Source: Octopus bimaculoides
Taxonomy: Eukaryota
Length of the DNA: 44,041 bases
Assembly (NCBI RefSeq): GCF_001194135.2
Contig: NC_068981.1
Location: 102,998,450 to 103,042,490 of the forward strand
Direction of reading: 5' to 3'
In this document: positions 22,606 through 35,925 of the stretch, in pieces
Layout: each line of letters starts with the position of its first letter
Numbering within the stretch: position 1 is the stretch's first letter
The notes under the pieces: generated by a model
Database searches by the model: none
What the model saw: the letters and a program-made list of their open reading frames with translations, nothing else
Told to the model about the DNA's origin: nothing
Program-made: the position numbers and the translations under genes

Positions 22606-23465
22606 GGCGGCGAGCAGGCAGACATGTTAGCACGCCGGTATTTTGTCTGTCTTTACGTTCTGAGTTCAAATTTTGCCGCGGTCGATTTTGCCTTTCATCC
22701 TTTCGAGGTCGATAAAATAAGTACCAGTTACGCACTGGGGTCGATATAATCGACTTAATCCGTTTGTCTGTCCTTGTTTGTCCCCTCTGTGTGTAGCCCC
22801 TTGTGGGCAGTAAAGAAATAACAAACTTATTAAATAAAGAAATTGGTATTTCGTCTGTCTTCACATTCTGAGTTCTAATTTTGCCGCGGTCGATTTTGCT
22901 TTTCATCCTTTCGGGGTCGATAAATTAAGTACCAGTTACGCACTGGGGTCGATATAGTCAACTTAATCCCTTTGNNNNNNNNNNCGCACTGGGGTCGATA
23001 TAATCGACTTAATCCGTTTGTCTGTCCTTGTTTGTCCCCTCTGTGTGTAGCCCCTTGTGGGCAGTAAAGAAATAACAAACTTATTAAATAAAGAAATTGG
23101 TATTTCGTCTGTCTTCACATTCTGAGTTCTAATTTTGCCGCGGTCGATTTTGCTTTTCATCCTTTCGGGGTCGATAAATTAAGTACCAGTTACGCACTGG
23201 GGTCGATATAGTCAACTTAATCCCTTTGTCTATCCTTGCTTGTCCCCTCTATGTTTAGCCCCTTGTGGGCAATAAAGAAATAAGAAACGTTAGCACGCCG
23301 GGAAAAATGCTTAGCAGTATTTCGTTTGCCGTTACGCTCTGAGTTCAAATTCCGCCGAGATTGACTTTGCCTTTCATCCTTTCGGGGTCGATAAATTAAG
23401 TACCAGTTGCGACTGGTCCCCTCTCCAAACATTTCGGGCTTTGTTCCTAAAGTAGAAAAAAATTA
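22606..23465 (+). mobile_element. Head-to-tail array of family A SINEs (three real units plus a probable assembly duplication)
   Basis: Repeated TTCTGAGTTC..GGTCGATAAA.TAAGTACCAGTT blocks. 22731-22974 is identical to 22985-23228 across a 10-N gap. Confidence 0.9.
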
Positions 23466-23589
23466 GTGACGTCCCTTTACTTTGTGAGTTCAAGCTCTAC
23501 CGAGAAGAAACTTTCAGTTCCATCCTCCAAGATTCCATAAATTAAGTAGATTTCTGTTACTGTTACTACTACTCTTATCATTCTGTGAG

Positions 23590-23769
23590 CAGTGCTCCGC
23601 AACCGGTATGCCGCGGCATACTGGTGTGCCACGAGATGATGCTATGTGTGCAACGTGAATATAATTTTTTTTCCCTATTCTATACTTTTAGTTATATTTT
23701 TAATTCAGGTGTGCCGCCGAATTTTGAAAAGAATGTGTGCCGCATGTGAACAAAGGTTGCCGAGCACTG
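23590..23769. mobile_element. hAT (Charlie-like) MITE, 180 bp
   Basis: 15-bp TIRs CAGTGCTCCGCAACC / GGTTGCCGAGCACTG (one mismatch), subterminal GTGTGCC(G) motifs, and a flanking direct repeat CTGTGAG at 23583-23589 and 23770-23776. Confidence 0.85.
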
Positions 23770-23816
23770 CTGTGAGAAAAGAATTTTCGGCCTTCTGTTC
23801 ATGACAAAAATCAATG

Positions 23817-24180
23817 TTTTATCTTTTATCTGTTTCAGTCACTTAGTTGCGGTCATGCTGAGGCACCACTTTGCAAGGTCTTAGTCGAACGAATCGAGTG
23901 CATTATTAATTTTTAGACTGGTACTTATTCTAGTGGCCTTTTTTTGCCGAACCAGTGATCGTTTATTTATGTCAAGCAGTGGTGACGGGACAAACTCAAG
24001 CACAAGCAGATACATACAAGTATACATATGTAAAACGGGCTTCTTTCAGTTTCCGCCTACTAAATCCGTTCACAAGACTTTGGTTGACGAAGGCTATAAT
24101 AAGAGGCACTCGACTAAGGTGTTAGCCCGGAACCAAGTGGTTGGCAAATAAACTTCTTAGCACACAGCCACGCCCGCATC
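23817..24180 (-). mobile_element. tRNA-derived SINE, family B, near full length, diverged
   Basis: Reverse complement of family B, from the (GATAAAA)n tail to the GTGGCTGTGTG head. Confidence 0.85.
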
Positions 24181-24184
24181 TAGT

Positions 24185-24348
24185 TCCCACACCGTCACAA
24201 TTCTCCAACCTTGGGCAAGTGTCTTCTACAATAGCCTCGAGCCGACCAAAGCCTTGTGAGTGGATTTGGTAGACGGAAACTAAAAGAAGCCAATCGTATA
24301 TATGTGTGTATATATATATGTGTGTGTCTGTGTGTGATTGTGTGTGAG

Positions 24349-24397
<49 letters not shown>

Positions 24398-24652
24398 TTG
24401 TGTGTGTATGTGTGTGTGTTTGTGTTTGCACCCCACCCTGCATCAACTGACAACCAGTGCTGGTGTGTTTACATCCCTTTAATTTAGCAGTTCGACAAAC
24501 AATACCGATAGAATAAATAGTAGGCTTACAAAGAATAAGTCCTGGGCTCGATTTCTTTGACTAAAAACTCTTTAAAGCAGTGCTCCGGCATGGCCGCAAT
24601 CAAATGACTGAAACAAGTCGAAGAATAAAAGAATAAAAGAATAAAAGAATAA
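24185..24652 (+). mobile_element. tRNA-derived SINE, family B, 5'-truncated, with internal (TG)n expansion and (GAATAAAA)n tail
   Basis: CCTTGGGCAAGTGTCTTCTAC..GTGAGTGGATTTGGTAGACGGAAAC..GCATGGCCGC..ACTGAAACAAG. Confidence 0.9.
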
Positions 24653-25015
24653 CCATCAGACATTAGAGTGAAACATGGAATTCATTTTTCGAAGGTTGAC
24701 AAAATAAGTTCCAATCAAATATTTGATGCCATTTTACGAAATTATTCTTCTGACCTGCAGTTTGAAACCTTTGGGCATGTCCTCTGTTGTATTTCAGTCT
24801 TACTCTCTCTATTGTATTACTTTGCGTGCAGTGCGTAGAAAAGTTATTTCCCGCACATTGTGGATATTAGTCGGCACATTTTTCTCTACCATTCCTAAAG
24901 CTTCTATTAATATATGGATTATTTCTATTTCCAGCCTCTTCTCTCAAGTTCGTGTTATCCCCATGTCCAGATATTTGGATAATTTCCGCATTTCTTTTAG
25001 AAATAATCTGCTGGG

Positions 25016-25055
<40 letters not shown>

Positions 25056-26394
25056 ATACTACTATTACTGATGATGATGATGATATTCAACATCAGTGTT
25101 ATTATTATTCTTATAATAATTGGTTTTATTTATTGTAGTGAACCGACTTATTTGACGTAGCTCCGGTTTATTTTTGGGTTTTACGATGTTTTACTAACAC
25201 CAGCCAATAAACCACCTTCTTCTGTCTCACACTTGCAACTCTAACACACAAAAACACATGCACAGATACTTACATCTTGTATCAGAAAACTAATGTTTTG
25301 TTTCGTTTTGTTCACAAGGTACTTTGGAACTTTCGAGTTTCTGCCTCGTTAACCATGTAATGGGAAAATAAGTTATGTTCTCAGACATTTTTACATCTTA
25401 TATTTCTGCAAACTTTTGTTCACTTGTAGTATTTTAATGGCCGTATCGTATTGGCGTACCTGCAAGAAATGCTATCCAGTAACGTGGCAGCAATGAATAC
25501 ACCCATAAGAATTTCATAATGTTGAAAATAAAAACAAAGACCATGAAAAAGAAAAGACAAACAGAAAAGGTTATAGTAATTAAACAAAAAGATATGGTTG
25601 CGAAACCAGGCAGCTATACATTCAGAATAACGTAGGAAAACGACAATTCTAGAAACGGACACGTTTGTAAGCACAAACGTCTATATCCCGTTACAAACAA
25701 ACAGCGATGACCGAAAACTTTGCAATGAAGTCAGCAACAAGAGCATTGGTAGAATTGCGGGTAGTAGAGAGACACTGGACTAGGGTCAGCTCCCGAGCAA
25801 AAAGCGCAGAAGAAATAAAAACGGTAGAATGGTGTATCATTAAAAAAAAAAAAATAAAAAAGAGAGAGCAAAGAGAAAGTGCCATACATCCGTTTTCCCA
25901 AAGAACATTCTTGTATACGGTTAAAGCTCGGTGTACCATGAAATGTGACCCATTGACGGGGTTTGGTCATATGTGTATTTAGGTTTTAAGACACATTGCT
26001 GTATCAGCCTTCCCACAGGCTGAGACAGTAGTGTATAGGAAAATGCGACACAAAGGTCATAGTTGAAGCCATTGGTTTGGATGTTGAATCTTAGCTCATC
26101 GGCACCTTACTGACGAATGTGACACTAATGAAAAGAGGTAGATTGGAGTGTACAGGGGCATGCACATCCTGTTAACTCCAAAAACCACTAGATAATCTTG
26201 CAGCGCGAATCATCGTAAATGTGATTAGTATCTCATGGAGTAGCCGACGATTAACGTAATGTAACCAAACATTTCCTTCCTTTATTTCCTTTCTCTTACA
26301 TGCCTTCAAACTTGATTAATTTTCTGTTTACTTATTCCTGATGAAGGGGACATGTCAGTATATGTGTGTTTATATGCATGTATGTATGTATATG

Positions 26395-26714
26395 TAGGGG
26401 CAGGAGTGGCAGTGTGATAAGTAGCTTGCTATCCAACCACATGGCTCTGGGTTCAGTCCTACTGCGTAGCACCTGGGGCCCACCAAAGCCATGTGAGTGG
26501 ATTTGGTAGACGGAAGCTGAAAGAGGCCCGTCGTGTATATATATATGTGTGTGTGAGTGTGTGTGTGTGCGTGTTTGGGTATCTCTGTTTGCCCCCCCCC
26601 CCACCGTCGCTTGACAACCGAATCTGCTATGTTTACGTCCCCATAACTTAGCGGTTTGGCCTAAGAGGTCGATAGAATAAGTACTAGGATTACAAAGAAT
26701 GAGTCCTGGGGTCG
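26395..26714 (+). mobile_element. tRNA-derived SINE, family B (3' end runs into a gap)
   Basis: GGCAGGAGTGGCAGTGTGATAAGTAG head, GGGTTCAGTCC B box and family B body. Confidence 0.9.
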
Positions 26715-27261
26715 NNNNNNNNNNNNNNNNNNNNNNNNNNNNNNNNNNNNNNNNNNNNNNNNNNNNNNNNNNNNNNNNNNNNNNNNNNNNNNNNNNNNNN
26801 NNNNNNNNNNNNNNNNNNNNNNNNNNNNNNNNNNNNNNNNNNNNNNNNNNNNNNNNNNNNNNNNNNNNNNNNNNNNNNNNNNNNNNNNNNNNNNNNNNNN
26901 NNNNNNNNNNNNNNNNNNNNNNNNNNNNNNNNNNNNNNNNNNNNNNNNNNNNNNNNNNNNNNNNNNNNNNNNNNNNNNNNNNNNNNNNNNNNNNNNNTAT
27001 ATATATATATATATATATATTTACACATATTTGTGCACGTAATCACACGCCATGCATATACATAGATACAGGTTATGATATGTGCAGAAACGCTTACACA
27101 CATAGACGTACAAACATATCTATGTATAATCATGTTTGATTCGACTTATGAAAACACGAACGTCTACATACACACGTGACCAAGCAAACATAAATTCACA
27201 CATTCTTTCTCCTCCGTTTTCTCCTTCTCTTTTTCCTCTTTCACTCTCACTCACTCATACA

Positions 27262-27293
<32 letters not shown>

Positions 27294-27623
27294 ATCTGAC
27301 TCCGCCTATATTTCGACACTTTTTTCACAGCATATAAACACACGGCTACGCGTCTACAGAAATGTGCATCAGTTTGTAAATGTATATGTGCTTTCAGTGT
27401 GAATAACCGTATTTTTATGGTCCGAATTTCTTTCTCACATCACATCGATCATTATCAAATGTCAAATGGGAGGGTTCACCTAACGGAATGGACTTTTTAA
27501 GAGAATTTTGGCAAAAATCTCTCAGACTTGTCAAGAAGGGGAAAAATACCAAAATGATTTACTGTTCTTACATTTTCGAGGAGAAATTAATCGAAATGGC
27601 AAAGTATAAAAGATAGCTTGGCA

Positions 27624-27691
<68 letters not shown>

Positions 27692-27703
27692 GATCTATCT
27701 ATG

Positions 27704-27788
<85 letters not shown>
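27624..27788. repeat. (TCTA)n tetranucleotide array
   Basis: Directly visible. Confidence 0.95.
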
Positions 27789-27882
27789 GTCTCTATCTTT
27801 CTATCGGTCTCTTTCTGTCAAGGTATATATATATATATTCATACATATATTTATATATACATATATACAAACATACATATAC

Positions 27883-27921
<39 letters not shown>

Positions 27922-28582
27922 NNNNNNNNNNNNNNNNNNNNNNNNNNNNNNNNNNNNNNNNNNNNNNNNNNNNNNNNNNNNNNNNNNNNNNNNNNNNNNN
28001 NNNNNNNNNNNNNNNNNNNNNNNNNNNNNNNNNNNNNNNNNNNNNNNNNNNNNNNNNNNNNNNNNNNNNNNNNNNNNNNNNNNNNNNNNNNNNNNNNNNN
28101 NNNNNNNNNNNNNNNNNNNNNNNNNNNNNNNNNNNNNNNNNNNNNNNNNNNNNNNNNNNNNNNNNNNNNNNNNNNNNNNNNNNNNNNNNNNNNNNNNNNN
28201 NNNNNNNNNNNNNNNNNNNNNNNNNNNNNNNNNNNNNNNNNNNNNNNNNNNNNNNNNNNNNTATATATATAATGACGTTTCCTTCATGAATACGAGACAT
28301 GCAATGCATGCGCCTGAAGTTGTAAAAATGAACGCAAAAACATATCGAGTTGTAAAAGAAATCTTTATTTTCGAGATAGATTGAAAGTGGGTACATGCTT
28401 CTGTATTACTTACTCTCAGTTATATTGCTTTGTTTTATTTTTTAAAGTTCCATACTGTAGATAATATGCCAGGAATCACCTATCACACGCACACACACAC
28501 ACACACACACTCTTACACACATACATATATACGTACATACATACATGCATACATACGTACACGAATACATATCTCCTTTTAC

Positions 28583-28730
28583 CTTTTACTTGCTTCAGTC
28601 ATTTTGACTGCGGCCATGCCGGGGTATCACTTTGAAGAATGTTTTAGTCGAATAAATGGACCATCCTGCTTATTTAAAAATATATATCTGGTACTTATTC
28701 CATCGGTCCATAATGCCAAACCACTAACGA
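28583..28730 (-). mobile_element. 3' fragment of a family B SINE
   Basis: TTTTACTTGCTTCAGTCATTTTGACTGCGGCCATGC..TGGTACTTATT matches the family B tail reversed. Confidence 0.75.
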
Positions 28731-29089
28731 TTTAATATTAAACTGATCGATTACTCAATCATTTTAGTAGAGCATATTTTTTTTTATTAACTTTTGCAAG
28801 GATACGGTTGATTGTGATTTCGAAGTTTCGGCCTGCTCGTACTGAGTGGGATTTATTTTGGTGCTTTCTGTCTTTATATAGACTTTAATATGTTTACATT
28901 TGGGGTCAGATAGGACTATGTGGTATAAAATGCAAGAGATGAAATTTTATAAGAAGGTTTGGAGCAAAGGAGAATAGGAAGAAAGCATGTTTTTACAGGG
29001 TGTGAGTTGATAGAACGTTATGCTTAGGAGAGTTATTTTGGTTTGATGTTGGGAAGATTTTATTTTTGGGTGTTTTTCTTCGAACACTA

Positions 29090-29262
29090 TTCAATTTTTT
29101 TTCTCCGTGTTTTTCTCCTTGTATCCGTATTCTTTCTGTTGAAGAGCGTAGCTCGAAACGTTAAAGACTTTCCGTATTCCCGAGCGTGATACTAATACAT
29201 CCTTTTGTTGTTTACACCACCTGTCCTCGTCTGTTGTTGTTTTTTCGTACATTCTCCTATAT
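29090..29262 (+). mobile_element. PLE pseudo-LTR-like terminal remnant ending at (TA)n
   Basis: Contains a PLE-type HHR motif and terminates in TA repeats. The boundaries are approximate. Confidence 0.5.
29131..29167 (+). ncRNA. Minimal type-I hammerhead-like motif with variant core (CUGUUGA)
   Basis: Stem I TCTTT/AAAGA; core CTGTTGA (29136-29142) plus A; stem II GAGC/GCTC with loop GTA; GAAA (29155-29158); palindromic ACGT; GUU triplet. Confidence 0.65.
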
Positions 29263-29749
29263 ATATATACATACACCACAACTAGATATTCACTTAGCTC
29301 CACCTAACCCTCAAAACCACATCTGCCAAAGTCATTTTGAAGTCTCAAACAAGAAACAAAGTGAATCAGTTTTATGAAGGAGAAGAAGCTGAACTTTCGA
29401 AGTCCCTATCAAACTTTACCCTGTAAAAGATTACTCATACGTATGTGCATGTGTATGTAAGTATGAATGTATATATACATAAATGTATGTGTTTGTGTGT
29501 ATATTGCACACACACACACGCACACACACAAATACATACAGACACGAACATCCATCTACTCAGGCGCAGACACGCGCCTGCGCGCACGCATGCACACACA
29601 CACACAAAGACATTCGATTCGAAATTTCCTGCACTTATTTTTCATATTCTTTATTTGTTGATCGAATTAACTACCCATTTTGGTGGGGTTTCTAATTTCG
29701 GTTAAATTCCTTATTAATTTACCATCCCTTTCTTTCTCTCCACCTCCCC

Positions 29750-29807
<58 letters not shown>

Positions 29808-31001
29808 TACTCTGACCTTTTTTACTGTCTCTTACGCAGTTGTTTGTTTATTTATTTATTTATTTTAAATTTAATTCATATGAATTACAAAAGTAGTTTT
29901 TACCTTCCCTACTTCGACTCCACCCTGCAATAATGAAAATAACAAAAACAAACAGCACGAGACACCATACAGAGCTTAATATTTATTAAATGCAAAAAAT
30001 TCGTAACTGTTGTCGCTGCTGTATCAAAGCTATTCATGTCCTTATAACATTCAGTGTCAAATCCCATTAATACACTGTGTAGGTCATTACCATAATATTT
30101 CCATAATTTTAAATGTAGGGTGTTTTCTCTATGAAAGCGCAGATATTGTTGTTTATTTTGTTTTATTGTTAGCTTCTTCCTTTAGCTATTACCAATGGAA
30201 AATTTTAGCATGTAATTTTTTTTTTAATTCAAGACGCATACAAATTACGAGTAGAAATGACCTAGACACACTGTAAAATCCACCCTAACTCCTACCACAA
30301 AATGAAAAAAACAAAGAAGAAAAAAGATAAATAAAATCACAAAGCATAAAATAAAATTACAAAAAGAAAACGACTGACAACTTAGTTTCAGGAAAAAAAT
30401 ATCAGCTTCGATAAAATTGAATTTATAAAGTTTAATGAGTAAAATATAAATAATAAAGAAAGAAAAAGATAAAAAAATTCTCTCCTTTTATTATGTCCCT
30501 TTACAGCCACTCTCTAGTAAAGAAAAAGGAAAATAGAGACACAGTGAAAGGGAGAGAGAGACGCATTCGCTTCTTTCTTTCTAAATCATCAATTGTATAC
30601 AAAGACAGACGATAAAGTTGGTTCGACACATCATTAAATAAATGAGAGAAAATTTAATTCCGGTTTTCAATGTAAGAGGAATGAAGATGAAGCCACATAG
30701 TTATAAAATTCTCAGTTGAAGCCATCTCGCCTCACTTATGCAGTCAACAACCCTTGGGAAACATCACGATTTCCCATTTCCTCTTTTCTATACGAATCTA
30801 TGGCGTTATTACTGATGAAAGAAATTCATTTCTTGGTGAACTGAGCTTTGTGAACCGTTTCATTTACTTCTTGGAAAGAGATGGACGTCACAACTTCCTT
30901 TGCAATTTCCTTCTAGAAAACATTCGAGAGACAATGTAATGAGGAGGAACAAGTAGGCAGAGAGACTAAAAAGGAATGGAGATAGATTGACAGACATATA
31001 C

Positions 31002-31049
<48 letters not shown>

Positions 31050-32284
31050 GCATACATACACACACACATAAATACATACATATATATATATATATGTATG
31101 CATAAATAAAACATATATGCTCATATGTACTTACATACAAACACACATACACACGCTCATATATATATATATATATATANNNNNNNNNNNNNNNNNNNNN
31201 NNNNNNNNNNNNNNNNNNNNNNNNNNNNNNNNNNNNNNNNNNNNNNNNNNNNNNNNNNNNNNNNNNNNNNNNNNNNNNNNNNNNNNNNNNNNNNNNNNNN
31301 NNNNNNNNNNNNNNNNNNNNNNNNNNNNNNNNNNNNNNNNNNNNNNNNNNNNNNNNNNNNNNNNNNNNNNNNNNNNNNNNNNNNNNNNNNNNNNNNNNNN
31401 NNNNNNNNNNNNNNNNNNNNNNNNNNNNNNNNNNNNNNNNNNNNNNNNNNNNNNNNNNNNNNNNNNNNNNNNNNNNNNNNNNNNNNNNNNNNNNNNNNNN
31501 NNNNNNNNNNAGAGAGAGAGAGAGAAAGACATTAGATGTTAAACACATACAAACTGCCGAGTGTTATACTATACAACTTAGTAGATAGAGATGGCCAGTG
31601 AATAAATAAAGGAGTGTGTGGTTTGAGAGAAGTGAGGAGTAAAGTAAATGCTGGTGTAGAGTTTGGAAACAGTTGGAAATTAAAATAAGAGTGAGACAGA
31701 CAGTGCGTGTTTGTCTGTTTGTTTCTCTATGCGCATGTGCGTGTGGCGAGATGATGAAGATGAGAGAGCAGTGGAAAGAATGAGAGTTGAATGAATATTA
31801 TAAGACGGGCGGATGAAGAAAACGAATGTTAGAAATACAGCGGGAAGTGTTGAACAATAAAGTAAGCTACCCAGATAGAGAGGTAGAAAGAGAAAGGGTA
31901 GTTAAGTGAAAGAGAGAGGAGGAAGAAGAAGAGGAAGTGGTAAAGACAGAGATAGAAATACAGAGAGGAATTGAGTAATAAAGCCGAGGGTTGATATTAA
32001 GTTATAGCAAAAAGCAAAATAGATAGGTAGATAAGAGGTAGAAAAAGCGAGTGAAATATATTGAGAGAGATATATGTATATAAAGAGTGGGATAGAGTGA
32101 GATAGAGAGATAGAGGGGGTGAGATGAAGGTAGATAGACAGATAGATAGGGAGAGACAGAAAAAGAGAGACTGAAAGAGAGAGAGAGAGAGAAAGGGAGA
32201 GAAATATGTTGAGTAATAAAGCAAAAAGGAATGTAAAGTTATACAATAAAGCAAACTAGATTGGTATGGAAAAAGCATGAGTAA

Positions 32285-32354
<70 letters not shown>

Positions 32355-33827
32355 AAGGAGAGAAAGGGGGGAGCGAGGTGTCGAGCAGCAGAAGCAAAAG
32401 TAATATATTTTAGGTTGTCATTTCTTGCATACAAGATCGATCTTTGTAGCCTAAGAAGACCTTATTTATACAGGCTTAACGTTCATATTGAGTCTGCACG
32501 TGCAAACAAAATAGATGTTGTTGTTGTTGTTGTTATTAGCAATGGTGGTGGTGGTGTGTGGGTGGTGTCGATGTCGGTCATGTCGATGCTGTAAAAGCGG
32601 GGGGTGGGTGGAGGGAGGCGGAGTGTGACGTTCGTGTTTATAATCATGGCGAAGGTGAAGGTGAGTGTGAAGGTGAGAGTGATGGTGATGGTAGCCTTGC
32701 TGATTTTTATCGACACTTCCCAATTTCTAAGCTGTCTACAGACCGGCAAATTTCGTACATGGACACACATAAATACGAACACACACACATATACTCCCAC
32801 ATGGTCACAAAACGTAAGCGCGCGTGCGAGCACACACACACACACGGGTAGACACTCAGTCAGTCGCTTTCTCTTATACATACAGAAATGAACAGATATA
32901 CTCACACGTAAGTGTACATACCTACATACGCATAAAACATACATATATTCATACATATAGATACATATATAAATACATATATATATAAATACATACATAT
33001 ATAAATACTTACATACATATACATATATGTATGTCTGTGTATGTGTGTGTGTGTGAATGTGTGTGTACGTGAATGTGTGTGCATATCCCGGCTCACGTTA
33101 AGAACATATAATCCAGAAACCTATAATATTCGTATTTCACATGTAGATGCATACATACATGAGGTATGTAGTACATACTAAAAGAACACGCAAATATATA
33201 TGCAGATTTAAACATATACATGTTCAGAATATAACAACATACTTGTACACACAAACAGAAGCATACCTCTCTATACGTAAATACATACATACATACATGT
33301 AGGCATACATAAATGTATACATACATGCATGCATACGCGCTTGCATGCATACATAACAAGACTTAAAGGATATTTGCTTACTAAGCGCATAGACTTTCTC
33401 ATTCGTATACATCACATCACTCAGAACCTTACAGACGAACGCACACACATATACATACACACATACATACACACATACACACATACATACATACATACAT
33501 ACATACATACATACATACATACATACATACATAAGGTTGAAGAGTCAATCAGTTATCTAGCCATGCACGCAGACCAACATACGTATTGTGAAACGTAAAG
33601 CCATGTACAAAACATAGACCAACAGAGACACACACAAAGACTACGTATAGAAGGTTTTAGCAGAACATATTTTCAATGCCAAGACAAGATGAGTTGCAGA
33701 AACAATTTTGATCAATTTTGGGATGGTAAAAGGTAATTTTAATGAATGTCCAAACTACGGTGATAGTCGAGTCAAAGGATACAGTGGGAGGGGAGGACAA
33801 GAGAAACTGAGAGATAATATACATACA

Positions 33828-33863
<36 letters not shown>

Positions 33864-34433
33864 CACACATACATATATATGCACACATACATACATACGT
33901 ACATACATACATACATACATAGGCACNNNNNNNNNNNNNNNNNNNNNNNNNNNNNNNNNNNNNNNNNNNNNNNNNNNNNNNNNNNNNNNNNNNNNNNNNN
34001 NNNNNNNNNNNNNNNNNNNNNNNNNNNNNNNNNNNNNNNNNNNNNNNNNNNNNNNNNNNNNNNNNNNNNNNNNNNNNNNNNNNNNNNNNNNNNNNNNNNN
34101 NNNNNNNNNNNNNNNNNNNNATATATATATGCATTTATACAGATATACATATATATATATATATATATGCGTGTATAGAAACACACAGGCTCACACACAC
34201 ATATATGCATATATACTTATATATAAGCACATACACACACGCGCGCGCGTGCACACACTTGTTATATATGAAACACACACATACACACATGTGTGTGTAC
34301 ACACACAGAAGAAGAGATTGAGATAGACAGAGATCAAGAGAATTGAAGCCGGGAAATAAACACAAGTACAAGCCAATGAGCAAACAAACGTGTAGCTAAA
34401 TAAAATATAGAAATATATATACGAAAATAAATC

Positions 34434-34466
<33 letters not shown>

Positions 34467-34968
34467 ATATGTATGTATATATGTATGTATGTATGCATAT
34501 ATCCATATACGAGAAAGGTGGAAAAAGTCGACCTTGAAGACAGGGTCAAAGCGGTGGCTAGAAAATCGAAAATAAATGTAAGAATAAAACAAAGACGCAC
34601 ATCGGTGTAGGGAGGGACAAATGCCGAGTGGATGGGGTGGATCGGTTTTTATATTGTTTATAATGTGTACAGAATCCCATTTGGTGAACAGAGAGCAGAC
34701 TCTTCTTACAAAAGCAATGCACATCAATTATTTGGCCAGTGGTCTGGAAGTAGACACTATCCGTCAGGCTCTTGCATGCATGTATGTATGTATGCATGTA
34801 TGTATCTACGTATGTTTATTTTTATGTACGTACGGATGTACATATTTATGCGTATACGGTTATATATATGTATATATGCACAAGCTCACAGACATACATA
34901 CATATATACATATAATATGTATATACTTACGTGCATACATACGCGCATGCATAATACATACATAACAG

Positions 34969-35023
<55 letters not shown>

Positions 35024-35182
35024 NNNNNNNNNNNNNNNNNNNNNNNNNNNNNNNNNNNNNNNNNNNNNNNNNNNNNNNNNNNNNNNNNNNNNNNNNNNNN
35101 NNNNNNNNNNNNNNNNNNNNNNNNNNNNNNNNNNNNNNNNNNNNNNNNNNNNNNNNNNNNNNNNNNNNNNNNTATATATGTA

Positions 35183-35213
<31 letters not shown>

Positions 35214-35227
35214 ATATATATATATAT

Positions 35228-35265
<38 letters not shown>

Positions 35266-35925
35266 GAAACACACAAAATCACGTGTGCGCTCACCCACAC
35301 ACACATACACTCACATGCATATACATATGTTTACACATATTATTGACTAACTTGGATTTGGCGAAAAACAGCACAAAAGAAATTGACTAAAAACATTAAA
35401 AAAAGATATATAAAATAGCATAACCTGGGGTGCGATATGGCAGACATGGGTAGGTAAGGAGAATTCAGAAAGAAGGAAGAAATTTAGAACTTGCTGCTGC
35501 TGCTGTTCATGATGATGGTGCTGATGATTGTGATAACGATAGCGTTGCTGATCATGTTTTCGGTGTTAGTAAAAGTGAGTGGATTGTGCAATGTTGTGTG
35601 TGCATTTATTCCAGTCGTTGAATTTAGCATTGTGACATTATAGTAACTGAACAGAAAATGGAGGAGGAAAGAAAGAAAGAAAGGAAGAAAGAAAAAATAA
35701 GGAATATAATGCAGAATAATAATCTAAAATATTAATAGGCGCAGGCGAACCAAAGCTTTGTGAGTGGAGTGGATTTGGTAGATGGAAACTGAAAGAAGGC
35801 CGTCGTCTATATATATATATACACAGACATGCAGGGAGTAAATAAACATCTTTAATTTTCAAAATCTTTTATTTAATACGCAAAGCGAACAATTGAAATG
35901 TAATCGATAGGCAGGACTACATACT

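Noticed and set aside
22606-23465. CRISPR-like or satellite array
   Set aside because: The units are SINE copies with A/B-box remnants, there are no unique spacers, the context is eukaryotic, and part of it is an assembly duplication.
26110-26150. CTGACGA...GAAA hammerhead-like spacing (similar at 5037-5075)
   Set aside because: No valid stem I, II or III pairing, or no NUH triplet.
5433-35267. Dozens of ORFs such as [31 protein letters not shown] and poly-I/poly-M, plus ORFs spanning N runs
   Set aside because: They are translations of microsatellites and assembly gaps, which lack stop codons by construction.
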